Shown here piece by piece: positions 45,623 through 56,556 of a stretch of 64,000 nucleotides of DNA; position 1 is the first letter of the stretch; every line of letters begins with the position of its first letter. This DNA comes from Anaerolineae bacterium (lineage in GTDB: Bacteria; Chloroflexota; Anaerolineae; DAOTYC01), in contig DAOTYC010000060.1 in assembly GCA_034435095.1 (NCBI GenBank), positions 2,577-66,576 on the forward strand. The letters are read 5' to 3'. The notes beneath the pieces are model-generated. The model worked only from the letters and a program-made list of their open reading frames with translations. It did not search any database and was not told where the DNA came from. The translations under genes and the position numbers were made by a program.

Positions 45623-46834
45623 ATGGTCCGAATCCTACATTTTTCCGATTTGCACTTAGGCGCGGAGAGCTACGGGCGATTTGACCCGGAGACCGGCCTG
45701 TCCAGTCGCATGGGCGATTTCACAGCCGCGTTCGACCACGTTGTGGCCTATGCCCTGCAAAATGACATCCACCTGGTTCTCTTTGCCGGCGACGCCTATA
45801 AGACCTGCGACCCTTCGCCCACACTGCAACGCGAGTTCGCCCACCGCATCGCTCAGATGGCACGGGCAGGCATTCCGGTTGTGTTGCTGGTGGGCAATCA
45901 CGATGTGCCCAATGCGCGCGGGCGGGCCAATGCTGTCACCATCTTCGAGACCCTCGGTGTTGAGAACGTGTACGTCGCCAGCCGACCTCAGACGTGGCAT
46001 ATCGAGACACGCGGCGGCCCCATTCAGGTGCTGACTCTCCCCTGGCTGGGCCGCAGCATCCTGACCTCTTTGGATGAACACAAGAACAAGTCCATCGAAG
46101 AAATACAACAGACTCTGCTTGAAAAAGTGGAAAACGTTCTGCTGGGCGAGATTGCCGCGCTTGACCCGACGCAGCCAGCCGTATTGTTGGCGCACGCCTC
46201 CGTCTTCGGCGCCACGTTCGGTTCAGAGCGCAGGACCATCCTGGGGCGGGACCTGCTGCTGCCGGCCAGTCTATATGCCAACCCGGCCTTCGATTACGTG
46301 GCTTTGGGGCACATTCACAAACACCAGGTGTTGAACGATGCCCCGCTCGTGGTATATTCCGGCAGCCTGGAGCGGATTGATTTCGGCGAAGAAAATGAGG
46401 ATAAAGGATTTGTAGTCGCCGAAGTGACCAAAGGCCGGGCCAGGTACACGTTCGTCCAGACGCCCGCTCGAAAATTCATAACCATCAGGGTGCAGGTGAC
46501 AGGTCAAGACCCCATGTCGGATATCGCAAAGGCCATAGAACAGGTTGATGTCCGAGACGCTGTCGTCCGCTTAATCGTTCGCGCCTGTGCTGAACACGAG
46601 CCGCTGATTGACGATAGAGCGTGTCGGCAATTGCTTCGCGATGCGTTCTATATTGCAGCCATTGTGCGGGATATCGAGCGTTTCAATCGGATAAAGTTAG
46701 GGGGGGCTGATTCTGTTGAATCGCTCACACCGCGCCAGTTGTTGGAGCAGTATCTGCGGTCGAAGAACACCTCTCAGGAGCGCATTCATATATTGCTGGA
46801 GTATGCCGATAGACTGATGATCTCTGGTGAGTGA
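45623..46834 (+). CDS. sbcD: SbcD/Mre11-family metallophosphoesterase nuclease
   Basis: MVRILHFSDLHLG...VLFAGDAYKTCDPSP...LVGNHD. No SbcC-like ATPase gene follows. Confidence 0.75.
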   Translation: MVRILHFSDLHLGAESYGRFDPETGLSSRMGDFTAAFDHVVAYALQNDIHLVLFAGDAYKTCDPSPTLQREFAHRIAQMARAGIPVVLLVGNHDVPNARGRANAVTIFETLGVENVYVASRPQTWHIETRGGPIQVLTLPWLGRSILTSLDEHKNKSIEEIQQTLLEKVENVLLGEIAALDPTQPAVLLAHASVFGATFGSERRTILGRDLLLPASLYANPAFDYVALGHIHKHQVLNDAPLVVYSGSLERIDFGEENEDKGFVVAEVTKGRARYTFVQTPARKFITIRVQVTGQDPMSDIAKAIEQVDVRDAVVRLIVRACAEHEPLIDDRACRQLLRDAFYIAAIVRDIERFNRIKLGGADSVESLTPRQLLEQYLRSKNTSQERIHILLEYADRLMISGE

Positions 46835-46886
46835 TTTCGATAGCGGGCCAGGCGCGTCCCGTCAATCGCGCCGGTGAGGAGGTCCC

Positions 46887-49226
46887 ATGTGTTCGTTGAG
46901 ATGTGTGGTCGGTCAACTGAGTGTAGTGGGAGGTGTCCGATATACGCAGGCTGAGAATGTCTTGGCCGTAGAGCCTGGGAGTTTTCCCCACTCAACACGC
47001 AACGACTACGGGCTTTATGCCGTACTGGAGCTATCGGGCCTGGTTCCGCCTCCACCAGAGCTTATGGAGCAGTTGCTCAACGTGCTGCAGAACGAATTCT
47101 ATGGTTCCTCGGGCAGCGTCGCGCTGAGCCTGCAAAACGCTATCGCGCAGGTCAATCAAGCTCTATATGACTTCAATCTGGAGCAGGAACGGAACGAACG
47201 ACAAGGCGGCGGATTGACCTGCATTGTCCTACGCGGGGCGGATCTTTATCTGGCGCAAGGCGGGCCGACGGTCGCTTATCTCGTCGCTCAAGGCCGCACT
47301 CATCGGTTCCCTGATCGTTCGCCGTGGCTCGATGAGGATTTTGACGATGAAGAAACCCCTGCACCGCGGCCTCTCGGCGCGACCCGGCAGTTCACGCCCG
47401 AGATCACCCATCGCCAGGTTTCAGCGGGAGATTTCGTCGTCCTGGCTGAAAGCCTCTTGGGTCAGACGGTTTCGCTGGAGCAAGTCGAGCAGGCCGTGTT
47501 TCCTGGCGACGTGCGGCTTACGGCTGAACGTCTTGCCGATTTGCTGGAAGGAGAAGACAATTTCTCTGTGGCCGTGGTTGAGATGCGTGGGGCAACAATA
47601 CCTTCACGCATCGATCAGCTCCAAACCGGGCACGCTCAAACAGCCTCAGTAGTCAGTTCTACAATCGAAGCGCCAGTCGCGTCCCAGGTCCTTCGACGCA
47701 CGGAGACAAGACGGAAGCGCACGGTCGGCCATCGCACGGCTGGCCTGCGTCGAGACGTAGGTCGGGCTGCGGAGCAAAGCGTCTGGTCGCGCATCGACTG
47801 GGCCGGAATACAGGCCGTGCTGAGCAAAGTCCTGTCGCGGGTTGGCGCCTGGATTGCGGCTGGACTGGGCCTGATATGGATGTTGCTTAAGACGCTGGTC
47901 ATCCGCATCCTGCCCGGCAGTCACGACGCGGAGTCCATGCAGCCTGAAAGACGACGGAAACCGACCTCGTCTGCCAGGCCGCGCGCCTCACAACCAAGAC
48001 GCCCGCGCGCCGACCAGAGCCGTTTGAAATCAGCTCTGGCCTCGATCGTTGCCTTCAATTTGTGGAAGTACATTGCGATTGCCATCCCGCTCCTCGTCCT
48101 GGTCATTGTGGGGCTGGTGTATGTGCAGCGTGAACGGGCCGTCTACCAGGCCCACGACCAGTTGATTCAAAGCGCCCGGGCCAAGTACGACCAGGCATTG
48201 GCGAAAATGGCCGATGCGGACCTGGCCCGCACTCTGTTGGCCGACGCCCTGCGAAAGTTGGATGAAGCGAACACCATCCTGCCGCTTGCTACAGAACCGC
48301 CCAACTTGCGCAAGGATATTCTAAAGAGTATTGACCAGCTCAGCCAGGTGAAGCGACTGTATTTCCTCCCACGACTCCATCAGTATACTGCCGCAGGAAC
48401 AGACCTGGGCCGTATCGTGGTTGACGGCATCAATGTATATGTACTGGACCGGGGAACCAATCGAGTGTTCAAGCATGTGCTCAATGAGACCGAAGATGGC
48501 TTCGTCAATCCAGGTGAAGAACCGGTGTTGATTGAGAAAGGCAAGCAAGTAGATGATGTTGTGGTGGGTGAACTCCTGGATATGAACTGGGCGCCTGCTG
48601 GCGGAGGACGCCAGACCGGAAATCTGGTCATCCTGGACAAAATGGGCAATCTGTTCGATTATGGCCCCACTTACGACCTGAAGAACAGGCCCCTGGCGGC
48701 AACCGACCAATGGCAATACCCGCAGGTGGTCTGCGGCTTCTACGGCAATCTGTATATACTGGACTCTCAGCGTAATCAAATCCTGAAGTATCTGCCTACC
48801 CCGGCGGATGGAGGCTACAGCAATGCGCCCCTCGAATACATCATCGAGGGCGCCAATGTGGATTTGACCGGCGCGGTGGACATGGCCATAGACGGACACG
48901 TGTACGTTCTATATGCAAACGGCCGGCTCATTAAGCTGATGAATGGAGCGACGGTGCCCTTTGAAGTGATAGGGCTGGACACCCCTCTAAACAATCCCAC
49001 GGCGGTTTTCACTAATGCTGACCAGGATACCCAGTATCTGTATGTCGCCGACCGAGGTAATAAGCGCATCGTGCAACTGACGAAGGATGGCCGGTTCCAA
49101 AAACAGTACAAGGTAGACACCGATGCCTTCAACGAGCTGCGAAGCCTGTGGGTTGACGAACTGGAACAAAAGATGTACATTGTCAGTGGCAATAGTGTTT
49201 TTATCACCAACCTGCTGTTAGAGTGA
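46887..49226 (+). CDS. membrane protein: degenerate PP2C-like (pseudophosphatase) cytoplasmic domain, TM helix, extracytoplasmic NHL/beta-propeller repeats
   Basis: The N-terminal region resembles PPM phosphatases but has GGPTVAYLV in place of the catalytic GDSRAYL. A central TM is LWKYIAIAIPLLVLVIVGLVYV. The C-terminus has repeated YVLDRGTNRV / LYILDSQRNQI / LYVADRGNKRIV blades. Confidence 0.5.
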   Translation: MCSLRCVVGQLSVVGGVRYTQAENVLAVEPGSFPHSTRNDYGLYAVLELSGLVPPPPELMEQLLNVLQNEFYGSSGSVALSLQNAIAQVNQALYDFNLEQERNERQGGGLTCIVLRGADLYLAQGGPTVAYLVAQGRTHRFPDRSPWLDEDFDDEETPAPRPLGATRQFTPEITHRQVSAGDFVVLAESLLGQTVSLEQVEQAVFPGDVRLTAERLADLLEGEDNFSVAVVEMRGATIPSRIDQLQTGHAQTASVVSSTIEAPVASQVLRRTETRRKRTVGHRTAGLRRDVGRAAEQSVWSRIDWAGIQAVLSKVLSRVGAWIAAGLGLIWMLLKTLVIRILPGSHDAESMQPERRRKPTSSARPRASQPRRPRADQSRLKSALASIVAFNLWKYIAIAIPLLVLVIVGLVYVQRERAVYQAHDQLIQSARAKYDQALAKMADADLARTLLADALRKLDEANTILPLATEPPNLRKDILKSIDQLSQVKRLYFLPRLHQYTAAGTDLGRIVVDGINVYVLDRGTNRVFKHVLNETEDGFVNPGEEPVLIEKGKQVDDVVVGELLDMNWAPAGGGRQTGNLVILDKMGNLFDYGPTYDLKNRPLAATDQWQYPQVVCGFYGNLYILDSQRNQILKYLPTPADGGYSNAPLEYIIEGANVDLTGAVDMAIDGHVYVLYANGRLIKLMNGATVPFEVIGLDTPLNNPTAVFTNADQDTQYLYVADRGNKRIVQLTKDGRFQKQYKVDTDAFNELRSLWVDELEQKMYIVSGNSVFITNLLLE

Positions 49227-49316
49227 TGCTTTTGAGACGTGCTGGATAGGCACTGCCTGCGTAGAGCGCAGCCGTGTTGGCCGCGTTCTACGCAGGCAGG
49301 TGGAGGGGCGCAGATC

Positions 49317-49994
49317 ATGGGAAAAATCAAGGTGATTCTGGCCGAAGATCATGCGGTGGTGCGCCAGGGCACCAAGCAGCTCCTGGAACGTTACCCTGAT
49401 ATTGAAGTGGTCGGGGAGGCCCATGATGGCGAAGAGGCCATCGCGCTGGCAAAGGCCCTGCAACCAGATGTGGTCATCATGGACGTGCGGATGCCGCGCA
49501 AATCGGGGATCGAGGCAACCCGAGAAATTAAGAAAGAAAACCCAGGGTTAGCCGTCTTGGTGCTGACCGCCCACGATGACGACGAGTATATCTTCGCCTT
49601 GCTGGAAGCCGGGGCAAACGGTTATCTGCTTAAGACGGCGGAAGTCGAAGAGCTGGTTAAGGCAGTCCGAGCTGTCAATGCTGGGCAGACCGCCCTCGAC
49701 CCGCTCGTCACCCAGAAAGTCGTCTCCCAGTTCAAAGGTGGAAAATCTTTGCCCGATGTGATCGCCGAGGTGGGCGACGAGATGGACGGGCTGACCGGAC
49801 GCGAGCTGGAAGTACTGAGAATGGTTGGTCAGGGCATGACCAACAAGGAAGTGGCACAGAAACTTTACATCAGTGACCGAACTGTGCAGGCTCATTTGAG
49901 CAGCATCTTTTCCAAACTACAGGTTGCCTCCAGAACCGAAGCGGTGATGTACGCCGTCCGCAAGGGATGGATCACCGTAGACCACAAGCGTTAG
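49317..49994 (+). CDS. NarL/FixJ-family response regulator
   Basis: REC domain IKVILAEDHAVVRQG...VVIMDVRMP with a LuxR HTH at the C-terminus. RBS GGAGGGG. Confidence 0.85.
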   Translation: MGKIKVILAEDHAVVRQGTKQLLERYPDIEVVGEAHDGEEAIALAKALQPDVVIMDVRMPRKSGIEATREIKKENPGLAVLVLTAHDDDEYIFALLEAGANGYLLKTAEVEELVKAVRAVNAGQTALDPLVTQKVVSQFKGGKSLPDVIAEVGDEMDGLTGRELEVLRMVGQGMTNKEVAQKLYISDRTVQAHLSSIFSKLQVASRTEAVMYAVRKGWITVDHKR

Positions 49995-50004
49995 CCCGGC
50001 CAGC

Positions 50005-51786
50005 ATGACACAGATTGCTTCTTGGCTTGCGCAACTCAGCCGCAGACGGCGTGAACTACATACCCAGGCTTTCCTCTGGATTATCCTGCCCTTGATGATC
50101 ATGCTGATCATCATCTTCTTGATCAACATGTTCTCCTACCAGCAAGTGATGGAATCTTTGGTGAAAGCTCGCAATCAGGAACTGGCCCGCATGGCCGCCG
50201 CCGGCCTTTCTCAGAACGTGCAGGCCTATTCCGATATTCTTGTCGCCCTGGCCAGCACGGATGAGATACGGAGCGACGACCCCCAGCGTCAACAACATGC
50301 GTTGTTCCTGGCCGATAAGGTGGTGGAACTGTTCGACGGGGGTGTCTTTGTGCTCAACAGCAAAGGGACGATTGCCGCCAGCGACCGCAAACACACGGAC
50401 ATGGTGGGCCAAAATCTGGCGATTGCCTCCTATTTCCAAAACACGCGCGCCTTGCGACAGCCGACTTTCTCCGATGTTGTCTTGGACCCGGCCAGCAACG
50501 CACAGGCCATCGTTCTGGCGGCTCCCATCCTGGGACGCGAGGGGGCATTTCAGGGCATCGTTATGGGCGTGTTTGGCTTGCTCTCACAGCGGCTGGGGCG
50601 GGAGCTGTACGACCTGCGGTTGGGAGAAAAAGGGCTGGCATACATTGTGGACCGCAACGGGCGCATCATCTTCCACACCACTGCTGCCTATATCGGCCAG
50701 AATTACAGCGATCAACTGGCCGTAGACCGCCTGCAACACGGCGAGGCGGGCGGCGCATTTCTACAGAACGATGACCGACAGTCTCTGCAGGTCATCGGCT
50801 TTGCGCGTGTACAGACGACCGGCTGGGGGATGGTCATCCACGAACCGTGGGCCGAAGTCATCGCGCCGACTGAGCCGTATCTGCGGTTCACCCTGATCGT
50901 GTTGTTTGGTGGCTTCTCGCTCACCACGGCGCTGATCATCCTGAACATCCGACGAATCACCACACCAATCGCCGCGTTGGTCAAATCAACCACCCGTGTC
51001 GCTCGCGGTGATTTCTCCAGCCGGGTACAGGAAGGCGGCATCAAAGAAATCGCAGAGTTGGGCCGGTCATTCAACATCATGATGGACCAGATCGCCCGCT
51101 ATCGGGCCGGAATGCGCCGCTACATAGCCGCGGTGACCCACAGTCAAGAAGATGAACGCAAACGCATCTCCCGCGACCTGCACGATGACACCGTCCAGGC
51201 TTTGGTCGCCATCGGCCAACGGATTGACCTCTGCCGCGCCAAACTGACCGACGGCGAAGACATCACCGATGACCTCAAACAACTCCGCCAGATGGTCACT
51301 GAAACGGTCAAAGACGTGCGCCAGTTCAGCCGCGACCTGCGGCCGTTGGCGTTGGAGGACCTGGGCCTGACCGCCGCATTGCAGTATCTGGTCAACGAGC
51401 TGGGTGAGAATATGGAGGCGACGCTCGATGTCAGCGGCGAAAGCGGGAAGCTTGCCCCCGAGCTTGAGGTCGCCATCTATCGCATTGTCCAGGAGACGTT
51501 GCAGAACGTCCGCAAACATGCCGAAGCGTCTCGCCTCTCAGTTTCAGTCGTCTTCACAGCACACAATGTCGAAATTCAGGTTCAGGATAACGGACGGGGT
51601 TTTGAAGTTCCCGAAAACCTGTCTGAGTTTACCCGCAACGGCAGCTACGGGGTCATGGGCATCGCCGAGCGGGTCAAATTGCTCGATGGTGATTTCCACA
51701 TTTTTTCCCAGCCCGGCCAGGGAACGCGCGTCTCAGTCATTCTCCCCAAAGAACTGGCAACCAACTGGGACTTTCCGGAAGAATAG
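50005..51786 (+). CDS. sensor histidine kinase (TM, Cache-like sensor, HAMP, HisKA_3, HATPase_c)
   Basis: H-box HSQEDERKRISRDLHDDTVQAL, with the ATPase N/G boxes at the C-terminus. Confidence 0.8.
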   Translation: MTQIASWLAQLSRRRRELHTQAFLWIILPLMIMLIIIFLINMFSYQQVMESLVKARNQELARMAAAGLSQNVQAYSDILVALASTDEIRSDDPQRQQHALFLADKVVELFDGGVFVLNSKGTIAASDRKHTDMVGQNLAIASYFQNTRALRQPTFSDVVLDPASNAQAIVLAAPILGREGAFQGIVMGVFGLLSQRLGRELYDLRLGEKGLAYIVDRNGRIIFHTTAAYIGQNYSDQLAVDRLQHGEAGGAFLQNDDRQSLQVIGFARVQTTGWGMVIHEPWAEVIAPTEPYLRFTLIVLFGGFSLTTALIILNIRRITTPIAALVKSTTRVARGDFSSRVQEGGIKEIAELGRSFNIMMDQIARYRAGMRRYIAAVTHSQEDERKRISRDLHDDTVQALVAIGQRIDLCRAKLTDGEDITDDLKQLRQMVTETVKDVRQFSRDLRPLALEDLGLTAALQYLVNELGENMEATLDVSGESGKLAPELEVAIYRIVQETLQNVRKHAEASRLSVSVVFTAHNVEIQVQDNGRGFEVPENLSEFTRNGSYGVMGIAERVKLLDGDFHIFSQPGQGTRVSVILPKELATNWDFPEE

Positions 51787-51890
51787 CAGTTGCCTCTATC
51801 CAGCCCGCTTGTGTCCAGTTTTCGTCTAATGCTGTAATCAAGAATACTGACATTACTTGAACAAGTGAATTACAATTTAATTGACAAAAC

Positions 51891-53219
51891 TTGAAAAGAA
51901 ACGGGCAGGCGAAAGTGGCGTCGGAACATAGTAACCCGGTTTACAACTTGAGGGCTGTGGTCCTCGAAACAGGGCTTACGCCGGATACTCTGCGTGTCTG
52001 GGAGCGACGCTACGGCATCCCTCAGCCGAAGAGGAGTGCTGGAGGTCACCGCCTTTATTCTCAAAACGACATAGACACACTCAAATGGCTGATCGCAAAA
52101 CGGGAGAGCGGGTTGAGCATCAGCCAGGCAGTCAGCTTATGGAAGCAGACAGTCGAGCATGGCTCAATCCCCAGTCGCCTTGACGTTTTCTCCGCAACCG
52201 ACCTGCGTAGCGATTCAGATCTGAATGCGTTCCGTAGAGCCTGGGTGGGCCAATGCCTGGCCCTCGACGAGAAAATGGCCGAACAAGTCCTGACTTCAGC
52301 CGCGACGTTCTATCCCATGGCGCAGGTGTGCACAGAGGTAATTCAGCGTGGCCTGGTCGAGGCTGGCGACTTGTGGTACAAAGGAGAAATCTCTATCCAG
52401 CAGTTCTACCTGCTCACTGAACTGGCTGTCCGGCGGCTGGAAAGCCTGCTGGCGATGGCACCTGAGCCAACGCGCCCGGAGCGTGTGCTCTTGAGCAGCC
52501 CACCCCAAGAACAGCATACACTGGGCCTGCTGTTGTTGGCCCTTCTGTTGCGTTGGGGCAGATGGGATGTCGTCTATCTGGGGGGCAATTTGCCCTTGTC
52601 CAATCTGGCCGACACAGTGAAACAGATCAAACCGACTCTGGTGGTTTTGTCGGCCCAACAACTGCACACCGCAGCCAGTCTGGCCGAAGCCGCCAGGTCG
52701 CTGCAGGGCACTGGGGCAGTTGTCGCGTATGGGGGGCGGATATTTAATCTGCTGCCCTCTCTGCGCAAGCATGTGCGCGGCCATTTTCTGGGAGAAGAAC
52801 TGACCACGGCGACTGAAGCGATAGACTGTCTGTTGCGCGAGGGGCCATCGCTTCCTCCGGTTCAGGCAGCGGCAAGGGAATTTGTCTTGGCGGCCGACTG
52901 CTATCGCGCCCAGCAGTACTTGTTCGAAGCCCATCTGCAGGAAAACTTGAAGGGCCTCAAAATGACCGCTGTCCAGGTGGCCGAAGCGAATGAGCATCTC
53001 AGGCGCAACATCCTGGCTGCCCTGTATTTTGGCGATATGGAGTTGCTGACCCAAGAGGTCTTTTGGATAGAGGGGCTGCTTGCCTATCACCGGATTCCGG
53101 TAAACCTGTTGTATCGTTATCTGAACGTGTATTATCGGACGGCAAAAACCCACCTGGGAGAGGAATGCCGTCCGCTCATTGACTGGTTGGCTCACATCAC
53201 GGGAAACGAGCCTGGTTAG
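51891..53219 (+). CDS. CarH/LitR-like MerR-family regulator with a cobalamin-binding domain and an extra ~150-aa C-terminal extension
   Basis: Mer[32 protein letters not shown]12-binding Rossmann with lower-ligand motif EQHTLG (DxHxxG). The coordinates are from the ORF track; my own read of the printed sequence puts the TTG at 51890-51892 instead. Confidence 0.7.
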   Translation: MKRNGQAKVASEHSNPVYNLRAVVLETGLTPDTLRVWERRYGIPQPKRSAGGHRLYSQNDIDTLKWLIAKRESGLSISQAVSLWKQTVEHGSIPSRLDVFSATDLRSDSDLNAFRRAWVGQCLALDEKMAEQVLTSAATFYPMAQVCTEVIQRGLVEAGDLWYKGEISIQQFYLLTELAVRRLESLLAMAPEPTRPERVLLSSPPQEQHTLGLLLLALLLRWGRWDVVYLGGNLPLSNLADTVKQIKPTLVVLSAQQLHTAASLAEAARSLQGTGAVVAYGGRIFNLLPSLRKHVRGHFLGEELTTATEAIDCLLREGPSLPPVQAAAREFVLAADCYRAQQYLFEAHLQENLKGLKMTAVQVAEANEHLRRNILAALYFGDMELLTQEVFWIEGLLAYHRIPVNLLYRYLNVYYRTAKTHLGEECRPLIDWLAHITGNEPG

Positions 53220-53280
53220 GCCAGCCAACGCGCTACGGCCTGACCGGCGTATTACTGAAGAAGCACAGGAGGAGAAGGTC

Positions 53281-54204
53281 ATGCGTGTGATTATCACAGG
53301 CGGCACAGGTCTGATCGGCCGCCACTTGAGCGAGAGTTTGGTCCGCGACCAGCATGAAGTGATTGTCCTCAGCCGAAATCCGTCAAACGCCAGCAAGCTG
53401 CCAGCCGGCGTGCGGGTGGAACGCTGGGATGGACAGACCGCAGAAGGCTGGGGCAAGCTGGCCGACGGCGCAGATGCTATCGTGAATTTGGCCGGAGAGA
53501 ACATCGGCGAGGGGCTGTGGACGACGGAGCGCAAACGGCGCATTGTGGAAAGCCGCTTGAACGCCGGGCGTGCCGTGGTTCAGGCGGTAGAGGCAGCCTC
53601 ATCGAAACCCGAAGTGGTCGTCCAGGCCTCTGGGGTGGGCTACTACGGCAACCGCGGGGACGAGGAGCTGACCGAAGGTTCTGCCCCTGGAGAAGGTTTC
53701 CTCGCCCGCCTCGCCGTCGAGTGGGAAGCCAGCACGGCTGCGGTCGAGCCGCTCGGCGTCCGGCGGGCTATCATCCGCACCGGCGGCGTCCTGGCCCGCG
53801 AGGGTGGGGCGTTGCCCAAGATGATCCTCCCTTTCAGGCTGTTTATCGGTGGCCCTCTGGGAAGTGGCAAACAATGGTTGCCGTGGATTCACATCGCCGA
53901 CGAAGTGGGGGCAATCCGCTTTCTGTTGGAAAACGCATCGGCCACGGGCCCATTCAACCTGGTCGCCCCACAACCGCTCACCAACGCCAATTTTGGACGC
54001 GAGCTGGCGCGGGTCATCCGCAGGCCATACTACATGCCGGCGCCCGCCTTCGCCATTCGTCTGTTACTGGGCGAGATGGCTTCTGTCGTCCTGGAAGGGC
54101 AACGGGCTTTGCCAGCAAAGCTGCTTCAGGCGGGCTACAGGTTCCATTTCTCCGACGCCGCCAGCGCTCTTCGTGACTTGTTGTCGCCCGGAGGGGCCAG
54201 GTGA
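53281..54204 (+). CDS. TIGR01777/YfcH-type SDR epimerase-family protein
   Basis: [20 protein letters not shown] at the internal ATG ~53281, with a C-terminal DUF1731-like region. Confidence 0.75.
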   Translation: MRVIITGGTGLIGRHLSESLVRDQHEVIVLSRNPSNASKLPAGVRVERWDGQTAEGWGKLADGADAIVNLAGENIGEGLWTTERKRRIVESRLNAGRAVVQAVEAASSKPEVVVQASGVGYYGNRGDEELTEGSAPGEGFLARLAVEWEASTAAVEPLGVRRAIIRTGGVLAREGGALPKMILPFRLFIGGPLGSGKQWLPWIHIADEVGAIRFLLENASATGPFNLVAPQPLTNANFGRELARVIRRPYYMPAPAFAIRLLLGEMASVVLEGQRALPAKLLQAGYRFHFSDAASALRDLLSPGGAR

Positions 54205-55043
54205 GCTACTTTGGCTTTTTGCTGCGCTTTCTCCTACCTCCGCTGTGCCTGCTGGCGATGCTGAACCTGTGGGACGGTTGGCGAGGGCGCAAGTTGCCGT
54301 CTGAGATGCGTGGGCAGCCCGCTTGGGTGGTGGTGTTGGCCCACGTTGTAGTGGCCGTCGTCTACACGACGCCCTGGGACAATTATCTGGTCGCCACGCG
54401 GGTCTGGTGGTACGATCCGGCGCGGGTCATCGGGCTGACCTTTGGCTGGGTCCCTGTAGAAGAGTACATGTTTTTCATCCTACAGACCATCATGACCGGC
54501 CTGTGGTTTATCTGGCTGGCCCGCCGATTGACGCCGCGTGGGCCAGTCCCATCCCGGCCGATGGTGCGACGGTACGCCGTGGCGTCGGCAGTCATATTGT
54601 GGCTTGGCTTCGCGTCAATATTTGTCGTGAATTGGGCGCCGGGCACTTACCTCGCTCTGGAGTTTACGTGGGCGCTGCTGCCCATCATGCTGCAACTGGG
54701 CTTTGGTGCGGACATCCTGTGGCGCTATCGTCGCTTGATCGCTCCCGCCATCCTTGTCCCCACCCTGTATCTTTCCGTGGCAGACTCAACCGCTATTGGC
54801 TTCGGAACCTGGACGTTCAGTCCAGTGAAATCCACCGGATGGACCGTCGCCGGCATCTTGCCAGTGGAAGAGCTGCTGTTCTTTTTGTTAACCAATACAT
54901 TGATCTGTTTCGGCATGGCTCTGGTGATGTCTTCGGAAAGCCAGCCTCGTTTTTGGGGCATGGTCAGAACCGTGAGAAGGTTTTTGATAAAAGCAAATCA
55001 CCCTGGGCCTCGCAGCCAACAAAGACAACAACTGGGAGGTTAA
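54201..55043 (+). CDS. lycopene cyclase domain protein (fused CrtYcd-type)
   Basis: Two repeated membrane half-domains with [20 protein letters not shown]. The start overlaps the upstream stop (ATGA). Confidence 0.7.
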   Translation: MSYFGFLLRFLLPPLCLLAMLNLWDGWRGRKLPSEMRGQPAWVVVLAHVVVAVVYTTPWDNYLVATRVWWYDPARVIGLTFGWVPVEEYMFFILQTIMTGLWFIWLARRLTPRGPVPSRPMVRRYAVASAVILWLGFASIFVVNWAPGTYLALEFTWALLPIMLQLGFGADILWRYRRLIAPAILVPTLYLSVADSTAIGFGTWTFSPVKSTGWTVAGILPVEELLFFLLTNTLICFGMALVMSSESQPRFWGMVRTVRRFLIKANHPGPRSQQRQQLGG

Positions 55044-55046
55044 ACG

Positions 55047-56546
55047 ATGTCAAGAAAAGGGCACATCATCGTCATCGGAGCCGGCCTGGGGGGGCTGGCG
55101 GTAGCTGCCCGTCTGGCACGAGCAGGCTATCGGGTCACCGTCTTCGAAAAGCAAGACCGACCGGGTGGCCGGTCTGGAGTCATACGTCATAATGGCTTTC
55201 ACTTCGACACGGGGCCGACCCTGTATCTGATGCCAGAAGTGTTCGAGCAGACGTTTGCCGAGCTGGGGCGACGTCGTGAAGATTACTACCCCCTGTTCAA
55301 AGTCAACCCGAACTACCGCATTCATTTCCACGACGGCGATTCCATTCTCCTGCAGACCGACATGACGGCCCTTCAGAACGAGATGGAGCGCTTCGAGCCG
55401 GGCGTCTTTCCCCGCTGTTTGAAGTTCCTGGCCGAGGGCAACATGGCTTACAATGTGTCTCTGCAGAAATTCCTGGGACGCAACTTTCACAGCCTGTTTG
55501 AATTCTTCGCCCCTGCCCACCTGCCGCTCATGTTCCAGTTGCGTGTCCTGAAAAAACACTACGCTGAGACTTCGAAATACTTTGAGTCCGATAAGTTGCG
55601 GCGAGCCATGACCTTTCAGACGATGTATCTGGGTTCGTCGCCTTTCGATTCCCTGGCGACTTACACGCTCCTCCAGTATACAGAAATGGTTCGCGGCATC
55701 TACTTTCCGCAGGGCGGGATATACGCTGTCATCGAGGCTTTTGAGCGGATTCTGGCAGAGGAGGGGGCGGAGTTGGTCTGCAACTCGCCAGTGCGGGAGA
55801 TCGTCCTGGACGGGATGACTGCCAAAGGCGTGATTCTGGAGGATGGCACCCGTGTAGACGGAGATGCCGTCGTGGCGAACGCTGACCTGCCGTATGTCTA
55901 TGACCGGCTGCTGCCTCATCCTGAGGCCAGGAAATACGCCGAGGTACTGAAACGGAAGAAATACACTTCTTCTGCGGTCATGTTCTATTGGGGGATCGAC
56001 CGACGTCTGGAAAAAGAGCTGCCCGTGCATCACAATATCTTTCTGGCTGAAGACTACCAGGGTTCCTTCGAGCAGATATTTCGCGAATACCGGGCGCCGG
56101 TGGACCCATCGTTCTATGTCAGCGCACCAACGCGGACCGACCCCTCCTACGCGCCTGAGGGCAAGGAATCTCTGGTCGTACTGGTCCCCGTGGGCCATCT
56201 GGAGGAGGGTGTTGAGACCGACTGGCAACAGCAAACCGCCCAGATCAAAGCGCATGTGTTGCGTCGCCTGGCACAACTGGCAGGTGTGCGAGACCTGGAG
56301 AAGCATATTGAATACGAGGCGGTCTATACTCCTCGATACTACCGCGACGCCCTCAACCTGATGAAAGGTTCGGCCTTTAGCCTGGCGCACAATTTTCTTC
56401 AGGTTGGTTACTTCCGTCCCCACAATAAGGCGGACAAGTTCGCCAATTTATACTTCACGGGTGGGGCCACCCATCCTGGCACGGGATTGCCGATCGTCTT
56501 GATTTCGGCCAAACTGACGGCCGAGAGAGTTGTCACAGGGAGATAA
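55047..56546 (+). CDS. crtI: phytoene desaturase
   Basis: FAD fold HIIVIGAGLGGLAVAARLARAGYRVTVFEKQDRPGGR, ~500 aa, and C-terminal YFTGGATHPGTGLP. Confidence 0.85.
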   Translation: MSRKGHIIVIGAGLGGLAVAARLARAGYRVTVFEKQDRPGGRSGVIRHNGFHFDTGPTLYLMPEVFEQTFAELGRRREDYYPLFKVNPNYRIHFHDGDSILLQTDMTALQNEMERFEPGVFPRCLKFLAEGNMAYNVSLQKFLGRNFHSLFEFFAPAHLPLMFQLRVLKKHYAETSKYFESDKLRRAMTFQTMYLGSSPFDSLATYTLLQYTEMVRGIYFPQGGIYAVIEAFERILAEEGAELVCNSPVREIVLDGMTAKGVILEDGTRVDGDAVVANADLPYVYDRLLPHPEARKYAEVLKRKKYTSSAVMFYWGIDRRLEKELPVHHNIFLAEDYQGSFEQIFREYRAPVDPSFYVSAPTRTDPSYAPEGKESLVVLVPVGHLEEGVETDWQQQTAQIKAHVLRRLAQLAGVRDLEKHIEYEAVYTPRYYRDALNLMKGSAFSLAHNFLQVGYFRPHNKADKFANLYFTGGATHPGTGLPIVLISAKLTAERVVTGR

Positions 56547-56556
56547 AGGAAGTGCT

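Noticed and set aside
52296-53543. 415-aa minus-strand ORF
   Set aside because: It is antisense to the CarH-like gene and the SDR gene. It is Arg/Pro-rich low-complexity translation typical of GC-rich antisense frames.
53517-54176. 219-aa plus-strand ORF in an alternative frame
   Set aside because: It lies inside the TIGR01777 SDR gene in another frame and is Arg/Gly-rich GC-frame noise.
55050-56423. 457-aa minus-strand ORF
   Set aside because: It is antisense to crtI, which has unambiguous FAD-fold and desaturase motifs on the plus strand.
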